From contig JBFWJS010000002.1 in assembly GCA_050253075.1 (NCBI GenBank), positions 224,001 to 288,000 of the forward strand: DNA of 64,000 bases. Reading direction: 5' to 3'. Below are positions 1-11,320 of this stretch, piece by piece. The first letter of the stretch is position 1, and every line of letters starts with the position of its first letter. Origin of the DNA: Deferribacterales bacterium. Lineage in GTDB: Bacteria > Chrysiogenota > Deferribacteres > Deferribacterales > Geovibrionaceae. The notes under the pieces are model-generated. The model did not search any database, was not told the DNA's origin, and saw only the letters and a program-made list of their open reading frames with translations. The position numbers and the translations under genes were made by a program.

Positions 1-685
1 CTATTACGCCGTATGACAAACCGCTTATTATCCTGTTGCGTCGTGGGAAATTCTGCTTTGCAGGATGCACGAAGGAGAGAAACTCCGTCGCAACGCATCC
101 GCTCTCTAAGACCCTGTCGAGGTACTTCATATTCTGCTGGGGGAAGAAATGGTTAACACCGCACCCCATGACAGCCGTCGTCACGCCTCTGCTGACAGCT
201 CCGAGGTGTGCATATATATCTATCCCTGCGGCGAATCCGCTGACGATGTTAAACCCTGCCTCGGCGAGGTCTGCCGCCATCCTTTTGGAAAGGTCGCAGG
301 CGGCACGTGTCGCATTGCGTGAGCCGACCATAGCGATGGACGGACGCTGAAGCGCAGTCACGTCGCCACGCACAAAAAGCATGCACGGTGCACCGACAGT
401 CTGCCTCAGCATCTCAGGATATGCATCGTCATCTATACATATAATATATGCAGACGATTCCTCGAGTGCTTTCAGCTCTGATTTGAAAAGAGCCGAGTCG
501 ATTGACCTTGTGACGATGTTCTCCGCGATCTCCTTTTTCAGCCCCATGGCTCTGAGTGATGCCATATCAAGGCCGAACCCGTCTGCGATGCTCCCTGCGC
601 CTGCATATATCTTTTCCATAGATACATCGTCCATGCCTCGCACGCATCTCAGCTTAAGGGTTTCTATAGCGGTGTCTGTCGTCAC
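1..685 (-). CDS. dprA: DNA-processing protein DprA (3' end runs off window)
   Basis: Absent from the ORF track and translated by hand from GTG at 685 (GGAG upstream). Contains the DprA motifs YPEMLRQ..AP.MLFVRGD, IAMVGSRNAT, IVSGFAAGIDIYAH, TTAVMGCG and FPRRNRIISGLS. Confidence 0.93.
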   Translation of the reverse strand, partial: MTTDTAIETLKLRCVRGMDDVSMEKIYAGAGSIADGFGLDMASLRAMGLKKEIAENIVTRSIDSALFKSELKALEESSAYIICIDDDAYPEMLRQTVGAPCMLFVRGDVTALQRPSIAMVGSRNATRAACDLSKRMAADLAEAGFNIVSGFAAGIDIYAHLGAVSRGVTTAVMGCGVNHFFPQQNMKYLDRVLESGCVATEFLSFVHPAKQNFPRRNRIISGLSYGVI

Positions 686-693
686 TGTCGCTC

Positions 694-1794
694 CTATTTG
701 GAAAGTATGTATTCAATGAGCAGCCTGGCAGCGGGGAGTGTCGCCCCCTCAGGCACTACATAGTTTTTATTGTGCAGCGGAGGACTGCTCTCTCCTATCC
801 TGACACCCTGCCATATAAAGGCTCCGGGAGCGTATTCAAGGTAGTAAGAGAAATCTTCGCCACCCATCCCCTTTTCGTGGGTGGTGACGGGCAGATTCTT
901 CTCCTCTGCGATTTTTGCCAGCCCCTGCACTATCTCTCTGTCGCATATAACGGGCGGTGTCCCTTCGTGGACATTCAGCTCGCCCTGTACGCTGTAGAAA
1001 TCTTCGAGGTTTTTCAGCCTGACCCTCATCCCGTGCTCGATAAGGGGCTTCACGCTGTTGTCAAAGTATCTGAACGTACCCGCCAAGCGAACCTCGCCCG
1101 GCAGAATGTTCGCAGCAGAGCCGCCGTTAATAGAGCCGAATGATATGAGCCCGTTCAGTATAGGGCTCTTCTTTCTGGTCAGGATGGTCTGACAGCTCAT
1201 GATGTATTCCGCTGCTGCCGTCACGGTGTCTGTGCCCAGATGAGGCATGGCAGCGTGGGTGGACATACCTTTGATCAAAAGGTCGAAATGACATGAGCCT
1301 GCCATTGTCGGCCCCTCCACCAGTGCGGCATAGCCAAAATCAACATCGGGTGCAGTATGTGTGGCGTACATCTCTGAAACACCCTCCATACAGCCCTCTT
1401 TTATCATCTCTACCGAACCGCTGATAACTTCCTCAGCAGGCTGGAAAATATACCTTACATTCACATTAAGTTTATCTTTCACTTTAACCAGTGTCTCGAG
1501 TATTGTCAACACAGTTGTCATGTTTGCGTGGTGTCCGCAGAGGTGGCGGTATTCGCTCTTATCCTCGGTATATGGCAGAGCGTCCATATCCGCACGTATT
1601 CCGATGGTCTTTTCCGCTCCGACATCCAGTGTGCCGAACAGCCCCGTATTAAAAGCTACGGTATATGTGAGACCCATACTCTCGAGTCTCTTCTTTATAT
1701 ATTTGGAAGTTTCAAATTCTTTCATGGAGGGTTCAGCCCTGTCGTAGAGCTCTTTCAGATCAGTGTTCATCAGTTTTTCATCTATCTGATACAT
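694..1794 (-). CDS. M20D-family amidohydrolase
   Basis: Motifs RADMDALP, HLCGH, FQPAEE, G.STHAAMPHLG, GGEDF, LHN; AGGAG RBS. Confidence 0.9.
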   Translation of the reverse strand: MYQIDEKLMNTDLKELYDRAEPSMKEFETSKYIKKRLESMGLTYTVAFNTGLFGTLDVGAEKTIGIRADMDALPYTEDKSEYRHLCGHHANMTTVLTILETLVKVKDKLNVNVRYIFQPAEEVISGSVEMIKEGCMEGVSEMYATHTAPDVDFGYAALVEGPTMAGSCHFDLLIKGMSTHAAMPHLGTDTVTAAAEYIMSCQTILTRKKSPILNGLISFGSINGGSAANILPGEVRLAGTFRYFDNSVKPLIEHGMRVRLKNLEDFYSVQGELNVHEGTPPVICDREIVQGLAKIAEEKNLPVTTHEKGMGGEDFSYYLEYAPGAFIWQGVRIGESSPPLHNKNYVVPEGATLPAARLLIEYILSK

Positions 1795-1864
1795 TTATGA
1801 CTCCTTAATACAGCCGTATCAGATGAATATATAACATTGTAGAATTTTTCGTAATATTTTTATC

Positions 1865-1891
1865 AAAAAAAGACCGGCATTTCTGCCGGTC
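1865..1891 (-). terminator. Intrinsic terminator of chemoreceptor 1
   Basis: GACCGGCA-N4-TGCCGGTC stem followed by T7 on the minus strand, just past the stop at 1920. Confidence 0.85.
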
Positions 1892-1919
1892 AAATTTAAT
1901 GTCAGGTTCTGAGTTGATG

Positions 1920-3527
1920 TCACACTTTGAACTGGGATATCATTCTCTTCAGACCGTCGGAACGTTCCTGCAGCATGCTTGTGGTCTGTGCTATCTCGTT
2001 AAGTGCCGTGCTGCTCTCTTCTATGCCCGCAGCCATCATCTGCGTGTTTTCGTTTATGTTTGCTATCGCATCATTCTGCTCTTCGACAGATGTCTTTGTA
2101 CTGGTAGACAGGTTCTCTATACAGCCGACGGCACGGACTATGGAGTCGAATACTGCGCTGGCACTGCTCACTTTTTTCACTCCTGCGTCCACTGTTCCGC
2201 CTGCGTCGTTCATCTCTTCGGAGGCTTTCTTAGACTCTGCCTGCAGAGCTCCGATGATGGATTCTATCTCCTTTGTGGCTGCCTGTGTGCGCTCGGCGAG
2301 CTTTCTCACCTCGTCTGCCACCACGGCAAAGCCTCTACCCGCATCCCCTGCTCTGGCTGCCTCTATGGCTGCGTTCAGTGCCAGCAGGTTTGTCTGGTCT
2401 GCTATGTCATTTATCACGCTGAGGATATTGCCTATCTCACCGGATGATTCGGCAAGGGTGGAGACTGTCCCCGCCAGTGCCGAAGTTTTAGCCTTTATCA
2501 TCTCCATGCTGGACATGATGTCATCCAGCAGACTGACGCCTTCGTTCGTCTTATTCGATGCTTCAGTTACGCATCCGCCGCTCTGGTCCATATTGTCCAT
2601 AATGGATGACGAGTTCGCCGAAAGCTCTTCCATAGCACCGGCAACGCCTGTGACCTGCTGCGTCTGGTCTGCGAAGGTGACGTTCATCTCCTCCACTGCA
2701 GCTGCCATCTGAGCACTCCCCGATGCCACATCCTCGGAGCTTTCCCCTGTGCGGAGCATCAGCTCGTGTATCTTACTGATGAAGACGTTAAAAGATTTTG
2801 CGAAGTCGGATATCTCGTCCTTCCCTGATGTGTCGAATCTGTATGTGAGGTTTGTGCCTATGGACTCCACCTCTTTCACAGTGCCGAAGAGTCGCTTAAA
2901 GTTTTGATAGATTATATAAACGATCGTAAGAAGGCATATTATTATAACAACTGATAATATAATGATAAGCCTCTCTGCGAGGATAAAATCTTCGTTTGTG
3001 GAGACTGCCGATTCCTCCATATCGCTGTCAATATGGCTGACCAGTTCTTCTAGTATCACGGTGTTCTCAGACGATGCGCTGTCGAGCACTTCGTCGATAT
3101 GCTGAAAGTCCTTCAGGTCGCCGCCCGCCCTTATCTTTTCAACAAGGTCGTTCTTTATTACACTATGTATTGTGTCGAAATTTTTATATACGATCTTAAG
3201 GGCGTCTGCCTCTTCCTGCTCGTCCACCAGCTCATTCAGCTCTGCCTTGTTAGACATCAGCCAGTTTCGGCAGGCGTCTATGGTCTGGATGCGTACCGGC
3301 TCCACCTCTTTGTCTGCCCTGTCTATTATCATCTCCATAGCCATCAGCAGCATCATGCCGTTTCGGTATTTCAGCTCTTCGAACACATGGAGCTTTGAGC
3401 CTCTCACAGACTGGTTAATGGATTCTTCATGCAGGTGATCCAGCTTATATAATGTCACAACAGAAAAAATTATCATAAGAAGACATGCCGCAAATAATGA
3501 AATATATACCTTCATCTTGATTGTCAT
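1920..3527 (-). CDS. Methyl-accepting chemotaxis protein (2 TM, helical periplasmic sensor, HAMP)
   Basis: Signalling hairpin [38 protein letters not shown]. Start moved to ATG 3527 (GGAGG RBS). Confidence 0.95.
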   Translation of the reverse strand: MTIKMKVYISLFAACLLMIIFSVVTLYKLDHLHEESINQSVRGSKLHVFEELKYRNGMMLLMAMEMIIDRADKEVEPVRIQTIDACRNWLMSNKAELNELVDEQEEADALKIVYKNFDTIHSVIKNDLVEKIRAGGDLKDFQHIDEVLDSASSENTVILEELVSHIDSDMEESAVSTNEDFILAERLIIILSVVIIICLLTIVYIIYQNFKRLFGTVKEVESIGTNLTYRFDTSGKDEISDFAKSFNVFISKIHELMLRTGESSEDVASGSAQMAAAVEEMNVTFADQTQQVTGVAGAMEELSANSSSIMDNMDQSGGCVTEASNKTNEGVSLLDDIMSSMEMIKAKTSALAGTVSTLAESSGEIGNILSVINDIADQTNLLALNAAIEAARAGDAGRGFAVVADEVRKLAERTQAATKEIESIIGALQAESKKASEEMNDAGGTVDAGVKKVSSASAVFDSIVRAVGCIENLSTSTKTSVEEQNDAIANINENTQMMAAGIEESSTALNEIAQTTSMLQERSDGLKRMISQFKV

Positions 3528-3657
3528 ACGAACCTCCGCATACATAAAAACAATTAATTTAAATATGTATATATTTCTAAGTGTAACATTATTTTACATA
3601 TTTCAAACAAAAATTTAATAACACTAGTAAATTATGACGATGTTTCGAACATATGAT

Positions 3658-3685
3658 AAAAAAAAGACCGACATTATTGTCGACC
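3658..3685 (-). terminator. Intrinsic terminator downstream of the MCP remnant
   Basis: Minus-strand RNA GGUCGACA-AUAA-UGUCGGUC (two G-U pairs) followed by U8; sequence resembles the terminators at 1865 and 3898. Confidence 0.7.
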
Positions 3686-3716
3686 TATAGTGAACATTCA
3701 CAAAGCTCTCATCAAC

Positions 3717-3770
3717 TCAAAATGTATATTTACCTACCTCGCCTTCCAGTGTTTTTCCGTCTTCTTTAAG
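3717..3770 (-). pseudogene. C-terminal remnant of a chemoreceptor gene
   Basis: Translates to LKEDGKTLEGEVGKYTF*, 12/17 identical to the end of the upstream MCP ([17 protein letters not shown]). Preceded by an in-frame TAA and has no start. Confidence 0.75.
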
Positions 3771-3897
3771 TTAGGTAACGGTCTCTGGTGAAACACCGCC
3801 GCCAATTGTTTTCTATACTATCTCCACAAAAGCCTGTCCTTATGCATTCCCCATATGTGAAAAGTCGCTGATATATAAATGATAAAAATTAAGGCAT

Positions 3898-3926
3898 AAA
3901 AAAAGGCCGACACTTAAATGCCGGCC
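3898..3926 (-). terminator. Intrinsic terminator of chemoreceptor 2
   Basis: Minus-strand GGCCGGCA-N6-TGTCGGCC followed by T7. Confidence 0.85.
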
Positions 3927-3952
3927 CTTTAAACAGATAGATAGTGGTATTG

Positions 3953-5725
3953 TTATCTACTGAAATGATATTTATTTACTTCACCTTCGAGGAGCTCTCC
4001 GTCGCCTTTCAGCCCGACGCTCATCTCGGAGAGGATCTCCGTGGCGGATGCTATCTCACCCACTCCGACAGAAACCTGCTGGATAGCATTTTCCATCTGG
4101 GCTATGGCTGCGGCCTGCTGTTGGATAGCTGCTGCCACTTGGGAAATATTGTCTGCCGTTGTCTCGGCATTGTTCTTAGTATTTACGGATGACTCATTCA
4201 GCTGAACCATAAATTCAGACACGCCTGATATCTGGTCGATGTTTTTCTGAACGTCCTTAACGGCCATATCCACTGTGGCGTTGTTCTGGTTGATTATGGT
4301 GGATATCTCATTTACGGATGCGACAGTCCTTTCGGCCAGCTTACGCACCTCGTCTGCGACCACGGCAAAGCCTCTGCCCGCCTCGCCTGCTCTGGCTGCC
4401 TCTATGGCGGCATTGAGCGAAAGAAGGTTTGTCTGGTCTGCGATGTCGTTGATCAGTCCGAGGATGCTGTTCATAGACTCAGAGTTTTCCTTAAGGATGT
4501 TTATGTTCTTAATAAGTACATTGCTGGATGAAACAACATCACCTATCATATGGTTCGCAGACTGGGTGTTGCGCTCGGATTCCTCTGCGTTTGCCCTGCT
4601 GTCTGCGGCGAGTGTTTCTGTTTCTGTAACTTTCTGAGCCACGTCCTCGATACCCATCTTTATCTGCTCCATAGCAGTGGTGATCTGGCTGACCTCCTGA
4701 TTCTGCTGAAGCACGTTTGCGCTGAGCTCCTCTGTGGAGCTGGAAAGTGTCGTAGAGCCGAGGTTGAGCTTGTCCGCTGTGTCTCTGATGTCTCTGAGAG
4801 ACTGAGTCAGCTTGAATATCATAGATTCTTTATAGTCGTCCATCCCTTGAAGCTCATTGTTGCTCTTCAGGTGGCCTGTGTAGTAGTCACATTCTTTACA
4901 GTCGTGGTGCGAACCGTCGGTGATGCGTGTACACTCGACAGGAAGCCCGAATTCAGGTGCTTCACTGCCCACGGTGAGGTGACAAGGAAGCCCCTCTATG
5001 CCGTATGCAGAGCATTGCTTGTCTGTACAGTTGACCGCCTGCCAGCATGAGATGCCTTTCTTACCGCCCTTCCTTTCAAGGTTTCCTTTGGCAACCTCGA
5101 TGAAGGATTCAAGTGTGCGCTTGATGCTCTTCTGCATGGTTCTGATATTGAAAACAAGTATAGCAGTGAGCAGTATAAGGCTCGCAAGGCAAAGCATGAC
5201 CAGAAGCCTCTCAAGTGCTCTGAAAGGAGCATAAAGTTCGTCAACCTCATACCCTGCGGCGAGTATCCACCCTTCGGAAGGATACTGCATATATGACACA
5301 GACTTGGTCTTTCCTTTAAAGTCGTAGACGATATTCCCAGAGCCTTTCTTCAGCATGTCCTGAGTGAAGTCATACTGAGCGATGCTCTGACCTATCAGAT
5401 CTTTGTTTATGTGATATCTGAGAGTACCGGTCTGATCCATGATAAAGAAGTAGCCGTTCTCCCCCAGCTTATTCTTACTGATGAATTCCTGAATGGTCTT
5501 ATAGAGTCCATTAACTTTAGTTTCATCCTCCACCGTTCCGTTAACAACATATTCGAGAATATGCAGCATTTCAGCAGAACGCATAGTGGATATTGCCTTA
5601 GCATTATTTGTATTCGACCTGTTTACTGCATTGACTATAACACCGAAAACGATGATCATTACAGCAATTGTCGGCAGCAGAATCTGAGTGGATACACTCA
5701 TTTTTTTAAAGTTAAGATTAACCAT
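3953..5725 (-). CDS. Methyl-accepting chemotaxis protein with Cache sensor and Cys-rich insert in the HAMP region
   Basis: Cache motif [26 protein letters not shown] signalling hairpin, 7-Cys segment after TM2. Start moved to ATG 5725 (GGAG RBS). Confidence 0.93.
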   Translation of the reverse strand: MVNLNFKKMSVSTQILLPTIAVMIIVFGVIVNAVNRSNTNNAKAISTMRSAEMLHILEYVVNGTVEDETKVNGLYKTIQEFISKNKLGENGYFFIMDQTGTLRYHINKDLIGQSIAQYDFTQDMLKKGSGNIVYDFKGKTKSVSYMQYPSEGWILAAGYEVDELYAPFRALERLLVMLCLASLILLTAILVFNIRTMQKSIKRTLESFIEVAKGNLERKGGKKGISCWQAVNCTDKQCSAYGIEGLPCHLTVGSEAPEFGLPVECTRITDGSHHDCKECDYYTGHLKSNNELQGMDDYKESMIFKLTQSLRDIRDTADKLNLGSTTLSSSTEELSANVLQQNQEVSQITTAMEQIKMGIEDVAQKVTETETLAADSRANAEESERNTQSANHMIGDVVSSSNVLIKNINILKENSESMNSILGLINDIADQTNLLSLNAAIEAARAGEAGRGFAVVADEVRKLAERTVASVNEISTIINQNNATVDMAVKDVQKNIDQISGVSEFMVQLNESSVNTKNNAETTADNISQVAAAIQQQAAAIAQMENAIQQVSVGVGEIASATEILSEMSVGLKGDGELLEGEVNKYHFSR

Positions 5726-6101
5726 GACAAGCTCCGATAAATAAATAATAACCTGACATATTCTATTGCTGATATTGTAATAAGTCAAACCATATAATAT
5801 GATAAGCGACGAAAAAACCATCACTTAATTCATAGATATTGAAATTAATATTAAGAATCTTTATCTTGTCATAACAATAACTAAGCAATACTAATTCAGA
5901 AAAGAAACTGTTTGCAGTATGTTGAAACATTCAAACATATAAAAGTATTTTATTTAATATTTAGTTAATATTTATTGCATTATGAGTTAAATTTTATTGG
6001 TTTTATTTCGAAAGTTATGAACATATTTTCAGCCGTAAAGACAGCAAAAGCTATTTGTCTTATATACAATAGTATAGTAGAATTTATGACTGGATGATTA
6101 C

Positions 6102-7451
6102 ATGGAAAATATAAACGAAACATTAAGAAAAATCCCGAAGCTGGATAAGCTTTTAGCCCGAGACGAATTCAGCGGTTTAAACACAGGGCTTTTAAAACAC
6201 GCCGCAAGGAACACTCTGGATGCACTGCGTGCTGAGATACAAAGCGGAAAAGAGCTCCCGAGCGATATTAAACTGATCGAAAGAATAATTTCAGAATATA
6301 TTAAACTTCACAAGGGGTCACTGTATAAAGTTATCAATGCCACAGGCGTCCCCATACACACCAACCTGGGCAGAAGCCCCATCAGCAGCGAAATATTAAA
6401 AGAAGCGTCTGATATATCAGCAGGTTATTCCAATCTGGAATACGATGTTGAAAAAGGCAAACGGGGCGACAGGTATCACCACGCTGCCGAATATCTCCGC
6501 ATGCTGACAGGCGCAGAGGATGCCGTCGTGGTGAATAACAACGCCTCAGCCGTATTCCTCATACTCAACACCTTTGCAAATAAGAAGAGCGTGATAGTCA
6601 GCAGGGGTGAACTGGTCGAGATAGGCGGTTCATTCCGTGTGCCCGACGTGATGAGCAGAAGCGGTGCGAAGCTCACCGAGGTCGGCACTACAAACAAGAC
6701 ACGCATAACAGACTATACAGATGCCGTCTCCGCAAGCACCGCAATGATGATGAAGGTGCATAAGAGCAACTATGAGATAGTCGGCTTCAGCGAGGAAGCA
6801 TCTCTGGACGAGATAGCATCCGCCGCAAAGGATACAGGCGTGTTGTCATACTACGATGCAGGGAGCGGGCTCTTCACAAAGACAGTCTCCGAAGCCGTAT
6901 GCGCAGACCACACAATACCCGAGATATCCGCAAAAGGATTCGACCTTATATCCTTCAGCGGGGATAAGATGCTCGGTGCATGTCAGGCGGGCATCATCAT
7001 AGGCAAGAGCGACCTGATCAAAAAGATAAAGAAAAACCCTCTGATGAGGATGCTCCGTGTGGATAAGCTGACCCTTGCCATACTACAGGCTACCTTCAGA
7101 AGATATATAGAAAACTCTCAGGCAGACATCCCCGTGAACGGGATGCTCTCCGCAGATATAGACACACTGAGGCAAAAGGCTGAAAAGCTCTCTGCCATGA
7201 TAAATGCAGAGACAGAGATCATCCCAGCAAAGTCCACCATAGGCGGAGGGAGCTGCCCTCTTTCAGAGATAGACTCGTTCGCCGTTGCGCTGATATCTGC
7301 GAAGAAGCCGACCGCAGTGGAAAAGGCTCTCCGCAGGGCCGACACACCCGTCATAGCCCGCATAGCCGACGAAAGGGTGATACTCGACATCCGCACAATA
7401 GACGAAAGCGAATTTGCAGACACGGCAAGAGCAGCAGAGGGGGCGATATGA
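6102..7451 (+). CDS. selA: L-seryl-tRNA(Sec) selenium transferase
   Basis: VINATG..IHTNLGRSP, YSNLEYD, VVNNNA, SRGELVEIGGSFRVPD, EVGTTN, PLP-lysine motif FSGDKMLG. Confidence 0.97.
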   Translation: MENINETLRKIPKLDKLLARDEFSGLNTGLLKHAARNTLDALRAEIQSGKELPSDIKLIERIISEYIKLHKGSLYKVINATGVPIHTNLGRSPISSEILKEASDISAGYSNLEYDVEKGKRGDRYHHAAEYLRMLTGAEDAVVVNNNASAVFLILNTFANKKSVIVSRGELVEIGGSFRVPDVMSRSGAKLTEVGTTNKTRITDYTDAVSASTAMMMKVHKSNYEIVGFSEEASLDEIASAAKDTGVLSYYDAGSGLFTKTVSEAVCADHTIPEISAKGFDLISFSGDKMLGACQAGIIIGKSDLIKKIKKNPLMRMLRVDKLTLAILQATFRRYIENSQADIPVNGMLSADIDTLRQKAEKLSAMINAETEIIPAKSTIGGGSCPLSEIDSFAVALISAKKPTAVEKALRRADTPVIARIADERVILDIRTIDESEFADTARAAEGAI

Positions 7452-9298
7452 CCAAGAGCGTTATATTCGGTACGGCAGGACACATAGACCACGGTAAATC
7501 CTCTCTGATAATGGCACTCACGGGGAAAGACCCAGACAGGCTGAAAGAAGAGAAAGAGAAAGGGATAACCATCGAGCTGGGCTTCGCCGGTATGAAGACC
7601 GACGAGGCAAACATCTCATTCGTAGACGTGCCCGGCCATGAAGGACTGGTAAAGACGATGATAGCAGGCTCTGTGGGGTTTGACTCCGTGCTCTTCTGCG
7701 TGGACTCCAGAGAAGGGATCCGCCCGCAGACCATAGAGCACTACAACATCATCCGCACCATAGGCGTGCGCTACGGCGTTATAGCACTGACAAAGGCAGA
7801 CATAGCCGAGCCCGAGCAGATAGAATCCACCAAGAAAGCCGTGCAGGAACTCTTCAGCAGCAGCGGCATAAAGATAACAGACATAGTGAACACCAGCATA
7901 AAAGACCCCGCCAGCATAGAAGAGCTGAAAAAAGCCATCGGCAGATGCGCAGGAAAGGTTCAGCCGAAACTGCAGAAGAGATGCTATGTGGTGCGTGCCG
8001 ACAGGGTTTTCAGCATAAAAGGGAGCGGAACTGTTATCACGGGTACATCCCTCTTCGGACAGGTAACGCCGAACACCCTGCTCTTCAACACTAAGAACAT
8101 GAGCTCTGCAAGGATAAAATCCATACAGGTGCATGACAACGCCGTCAATAAATCTGTCGCAGGGGAAAGGACAGCCCTTAACCTGCCTGACTTCACCACC
8201 GAAGACATCAGACGAGGCGACATACTCTCTGATAATAATAAAATAGTGCCCACAAAGGGGATATTCGCAAACCTGACAATGTTCGAAGGCGTATCTGAAA
8301 AGGTGAGCATAAAGCATAACAAGACCTATTCTATATTCATAGGTGCTGTCCAGTGCGAGGGGAAGGTCATCTTCTTCGACACGAAGAAACTTTCAAAATC
8401 AGAAAGTGCCTGCTGCTTCATAAAGCTGGACAAGCCCGTGACAACATACTTCGACGAGCCGTTCATCATCCGCTCAGGCAGCCCTCAGGTGAGCATCGCA
8501 GGGGGTCGAGTACTCGGACTGGAGGAGACATTCCCCCAAAGGAAATACGCAAAAGACGTGATAGAGCTGCTCAGCATACACGACTACGACAACGCCATCA
8601 GAAAGATAGTGGAAGTGTACAACTGCGGGATAAAGCTCCCCGAGCCGATACAGTTCTCGGGGCTGATACGAAACGAGCTGGCGATGAAGCTGGCTCAGCT
8701 GAATATCTCAAACTTTCAGGGATTCATACTCGATAATAAAACTCTCGAAAACTTCGTAGAGCAGACCATACAAAAACTGAATAAAAAGGGGACACTCGCC
8801 ATAGGGAAGATACAGCACTCCTGCGAAAAGCTCCCCGAGCCTGTCCGCTTCGACATCATAAACCGCATCATCGAACGTGCGCAGAAGCAGGACTATATAT
8901 TTGACGGGCAGATACTCAAAAAGAAAGAGAAGGACCCCTTTGAAGAGCTCGCAATATCTGTACTGAACCAGATGAAGACAGACCCCGCATTCTCGAACCC
9001 TGCCCAGCTTTCAGAAAAGTTAGGCGTCCCCACTCCGAAGATACAGAAGTGTCTGCAGTACCTCTGCAACAGAAGCCTTGCGAAAAACATCGAAGGGAAC
9101 AATCATGTCACAATGGAGCTCCTCAACTCCTTCGTGGAAAAGGCAACACAGGAATGCGAGGCAAACGGCTTTACGGACCTGAACGGGATGAAGAAATACT
9201 TCGACCTTTCAAGGAAGCTCCTCGTACCCCTTATGGAGCAGCTCGATAAGACAGGGCTCTTCATCAACAAAGATAATAAAAGGATGCTTAAGAAATAG
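7448..9298 (+). CDS. selB: Selenocysteine-specific elongation factor
   Basis: GTAGHIDHGKS, DRLKEEKEKGITIELGF, DVPGHE; C-terminal winged-helix LSRK..VPLMEQLD; ATGA overlap with selA. Confidence 0.96.
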   Translation: MTKSVIFGTAGHIDHGKSSLIMALTGKDPDRLKEEKEKGITIELGFAGMKTDEANISFVDVPGHEGLVKTMIAGSVGFDSVLFCVDSREGIRPQTIEHYNIIRTIGVRYGVIALTKADIAEPEQIESTKKAVQELFSSSGIKITDIVNTSIKDPASIEELKKAIGRCAGKVQPKLQKRCYVVRADRVFSIKGSGTVITGTSLFGQVTPNTLLFNTKNMSSARIKSIQVHDNAVNKSVAGERTALNLPDFTTEDIRRGDILSDNNKIVPTKGIFANLTMFEGVSEKVSIKHNKTYSIFIGAVQCEGKVIFFDTKKLSKSESACCFIKLDKPVTTYFDEPFIIRSGSPQVSIAGGRVLGLEETFPQRKYAKDVIELLSIHDYDNAIRKIVEVYNCGIKLPEPIQFSGLIRNELAMKLAQLNISNFQGFILDNKTLENFVEQTIQKLNKKGTLAIGKIQHSCEKLPEPVRFDIINRIIERAQKQDYIFDGQILKKKEKDPFEELAISVLNQMKTDPAFSNPAQLSEKLGVPTPKIQKCLQYLCNRSLAKNIEGNNHVTMELLNSFVEKATQECEANGFTDLNGMKKYFDLSRKLLVPLMEQLDKTGLFINKDNKRMLKK

Positions 9299-9301
9299 AT
9301 T

Positions 9302-11278
9302 ATGAGTTTTGAACTTGTATCAGACTATCAGCCTGCGGGCGACCAGCCCGAGGCAATCAGATCGCTAGTCGAAAACTATAAATCGGGCGAGCGGGCACAG
9401 GTTCTGCTCGGCGTTACCGGCTCCGGTAAAACATATACGATGGCAAACGTCGTACAGCAGCTTAACGTACCGACAATTGTAATCGCACATAACAAAACCC
9501 TCGCCGCACAGCTTTACGGCGAATTCAAAAAGTTCTTCCCCAACAATGCCGTGGAATACTTCGTCAGCTATTACGACTATTACCAGCCCGAAGCGTACGT
9601 CCCCGCCAGCGACACCTTCATAGAAAAAGATTCTTCCATAAACGAAGACATAGATAAACTCCGCCACTCGGCTACACGCAGTCTGCTCGAAAGACGTGAC
9701 GTGCTGATCGTGGCATCCGTCTCCTGCATATACGGTCTCGGTTCACCGGAGGCGTACAGCGGAATGCTCGTAACCCTCGAGGTTAACGACGATGTAGAGA
9801 TGGAAAGTGTCCTGAAAAAACTGGTAGAGATACAGTACGAGCGAAACGAATACGACTTTCACCGCGGCACATACAGAGTGAAGGGGGACACAATAGAGGT
9901 CTTCCCCGCACACGAAGACGACCTTGCATACCGCATAGAGTTCTTCGGAGACGAGGTAGACCGCATAAGCGAATTTGACCCGCTGACGGGCAAGACTATA
10001 AAGGACCGCCCGAAGGTAGCAATATATCCGAACACCCACTATGTGACCACAAGCAACACCATCGAAGACGCCGTGAAAATAATCAAAAAAGAGCTCTTTG
10101 AAAGGTGTGCAGAATTTGAGAGTCAGAACAAACTGTTAGAGTCGCAGAGGCTGACACAGCGCACAATGTTTGACATAGAAATGATGCTGGAGACAGGCTA
10201 TTGCAACGGCGTGGAGAACTATTCCAGAATACTGGAGAACCGCCCGCCGGGGTCGACCCCGCCTACCCTCCTGAGTTACCTGCCGAAGGATGCTCTCGTC
10301 ATCATAGACGAATCCCACATGACAGTTCCGCAGATACGGGGGATGTATAACGGCGACCGCAGCAGAAAGACAACACTCGTGGAATACGGCTTCCGCCTGC
10401 CAGCGGCTCTGGACAACCGCCCTCTGAAATTCGAGGAATTCAAAGAAAGGGTGAACCGTGTGATGTATGTATCCGCCACCCCGGACGACTATGAGCTGAA
10501 CGACAGCATGGGGCTCCTCGCAGAACAAATCATCCGCCCTACAGGGCTTATGGATCCGCCTATAGAGATACGTCCGTCCAGAAATCAGGTGGACGACCTC
10601 TACAACGAGATACGAAAGATAACCGAAAAAGGCGAGCGTGTCCTTGTCACCACCCTGACAAAAAGGATGTCGGAAGAGCTCAGCAAATATTACGACGACC
10701 TGGGCGTGCGGGTGAAGTATCTGCACTCTGAAATAGATACACTTGAAAGGATACGAATCATCAAACAGCTCCGCATGGGCGAGTTCGATGTTCTCGTGGG
10801 GATAAACCTACTCCGTGAAGGTCTCGACATCCCCGAAGTTAGCCTCGTCGCCGTCTTAGATGCGGATAAAGAGGGCTTCCTCCGTTCCGAAAAATCACTG
10901 ATTCAGACCATAGGACGTGCCGCCCGTAACGTAAACGGCAGGGCTATATTCTACGCAGATAAGATAACACGCAGCATGCAGTCTGCTCTAGACGAGACAA
11001 AACGACGCCGTGAAAAGCAGATGGCGTATAACGAAGAGCATAATATCACACCGACAACCATAAAGAACGAAATCAGCAATATTCTTGAATCTATTTATGA
11101 AAAAGACTACGTAACGGTTGATATTACCGACGATATAGGTATAACATTATCGGGGCAGAGAGAAAAAGATATCGAAGCCCTCAAAAAGAAGATGCACGAA
11201 CACGCTATGAACCTCGAATTCGAAAAAGCTGCCAAACTTCGGGACATGCTTTTCGAATATACATCGGGTAAAAAATAA
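9302..11278 (+). CDS. uvrB: Excinuclease ABC subunit B
   Basis: [55 protein letters not shown]-terminal [11 protein letters not shown]. Confidence 0.98.
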   Translation: MSFELVSDYQPAGDQPEAIRSLVENYKSGERAQVLLGVTGSGKTYTMANVVQQLNVPTIVIAHNKTLAAQLYGEFKKFFPNNAVEYFVSYYDYYQPEAYVPASDTFIEKDSSINEDIDKLRHSATRSLLERRDVLIVASVSCIYGLGSPEAYSGMLVTLEVNDDVEMESVLKKLVEIQYERNEYDFHRGTYRVKGDTIEVFPAHEDDLAYRIEFFGDEVDRISEFDPLTGKTIKDRPKVAIYPNTHYVTTSNTIEDAVKIIKKELFERCAEFESQNKLLESQRLTQRTMFDIEMMLETGYCNGVENYSRILENRPPGSTPPTLLSYLPKDALVIIDESHMTVPQIRGMYNGDRSRKTTLVEYGFRLPAALDNRPLKFEEFKERVNRVMYVSATPDDYELNDSMGLLAEQIIRPTGLMDPPIEIRPSRNQVDDLYNEIRKITEKGERVLVTTLTKRMSEELSKYYDDLGVRVKYLHSEIDTLERIRIIKQLRMGEFDVLVGINLLREGLDIPEVSLVAVLDADKEGFLRSEKSLIQTIGRAARNVNGRAIFYADKITRSMQSALDETKRRREKQMAYNEEHNITPTTIKNEISNILESIYEKDYVTVDITDDIGITLSGQREKDIEALKKKMHEHAMNLEFEKAAKLRDMLFEYTSGKK

Positions 11279-11320
11279 ACTAATCCGCCGAAATGCGGTC
11301 TGTATATAAAGGTAAATATA

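Noticed and set aside
36..719. Plus-strand ORFs 36-350 and 381-719
   Set aside because: Antisense shadows of dprA, which the ORF track missed because it runs off the window.
1899..2712. Long antisense ORFs over the MCP (and similar ones over sdhA, uvrB, typA and others)
   Set aside because: Shadow frames caused by codon bias; no recognisable motifs.
5726..5824. N-terminal extensions in the ORF track (also at 3545, 17633, 26362, 29947, 33775, 34322, 40116, 49598, 52298, 63362)
   Set aside because: Downstream ATGs have better RBS and/or match family N-termini; the extensions run through promoter or repeat DNA.
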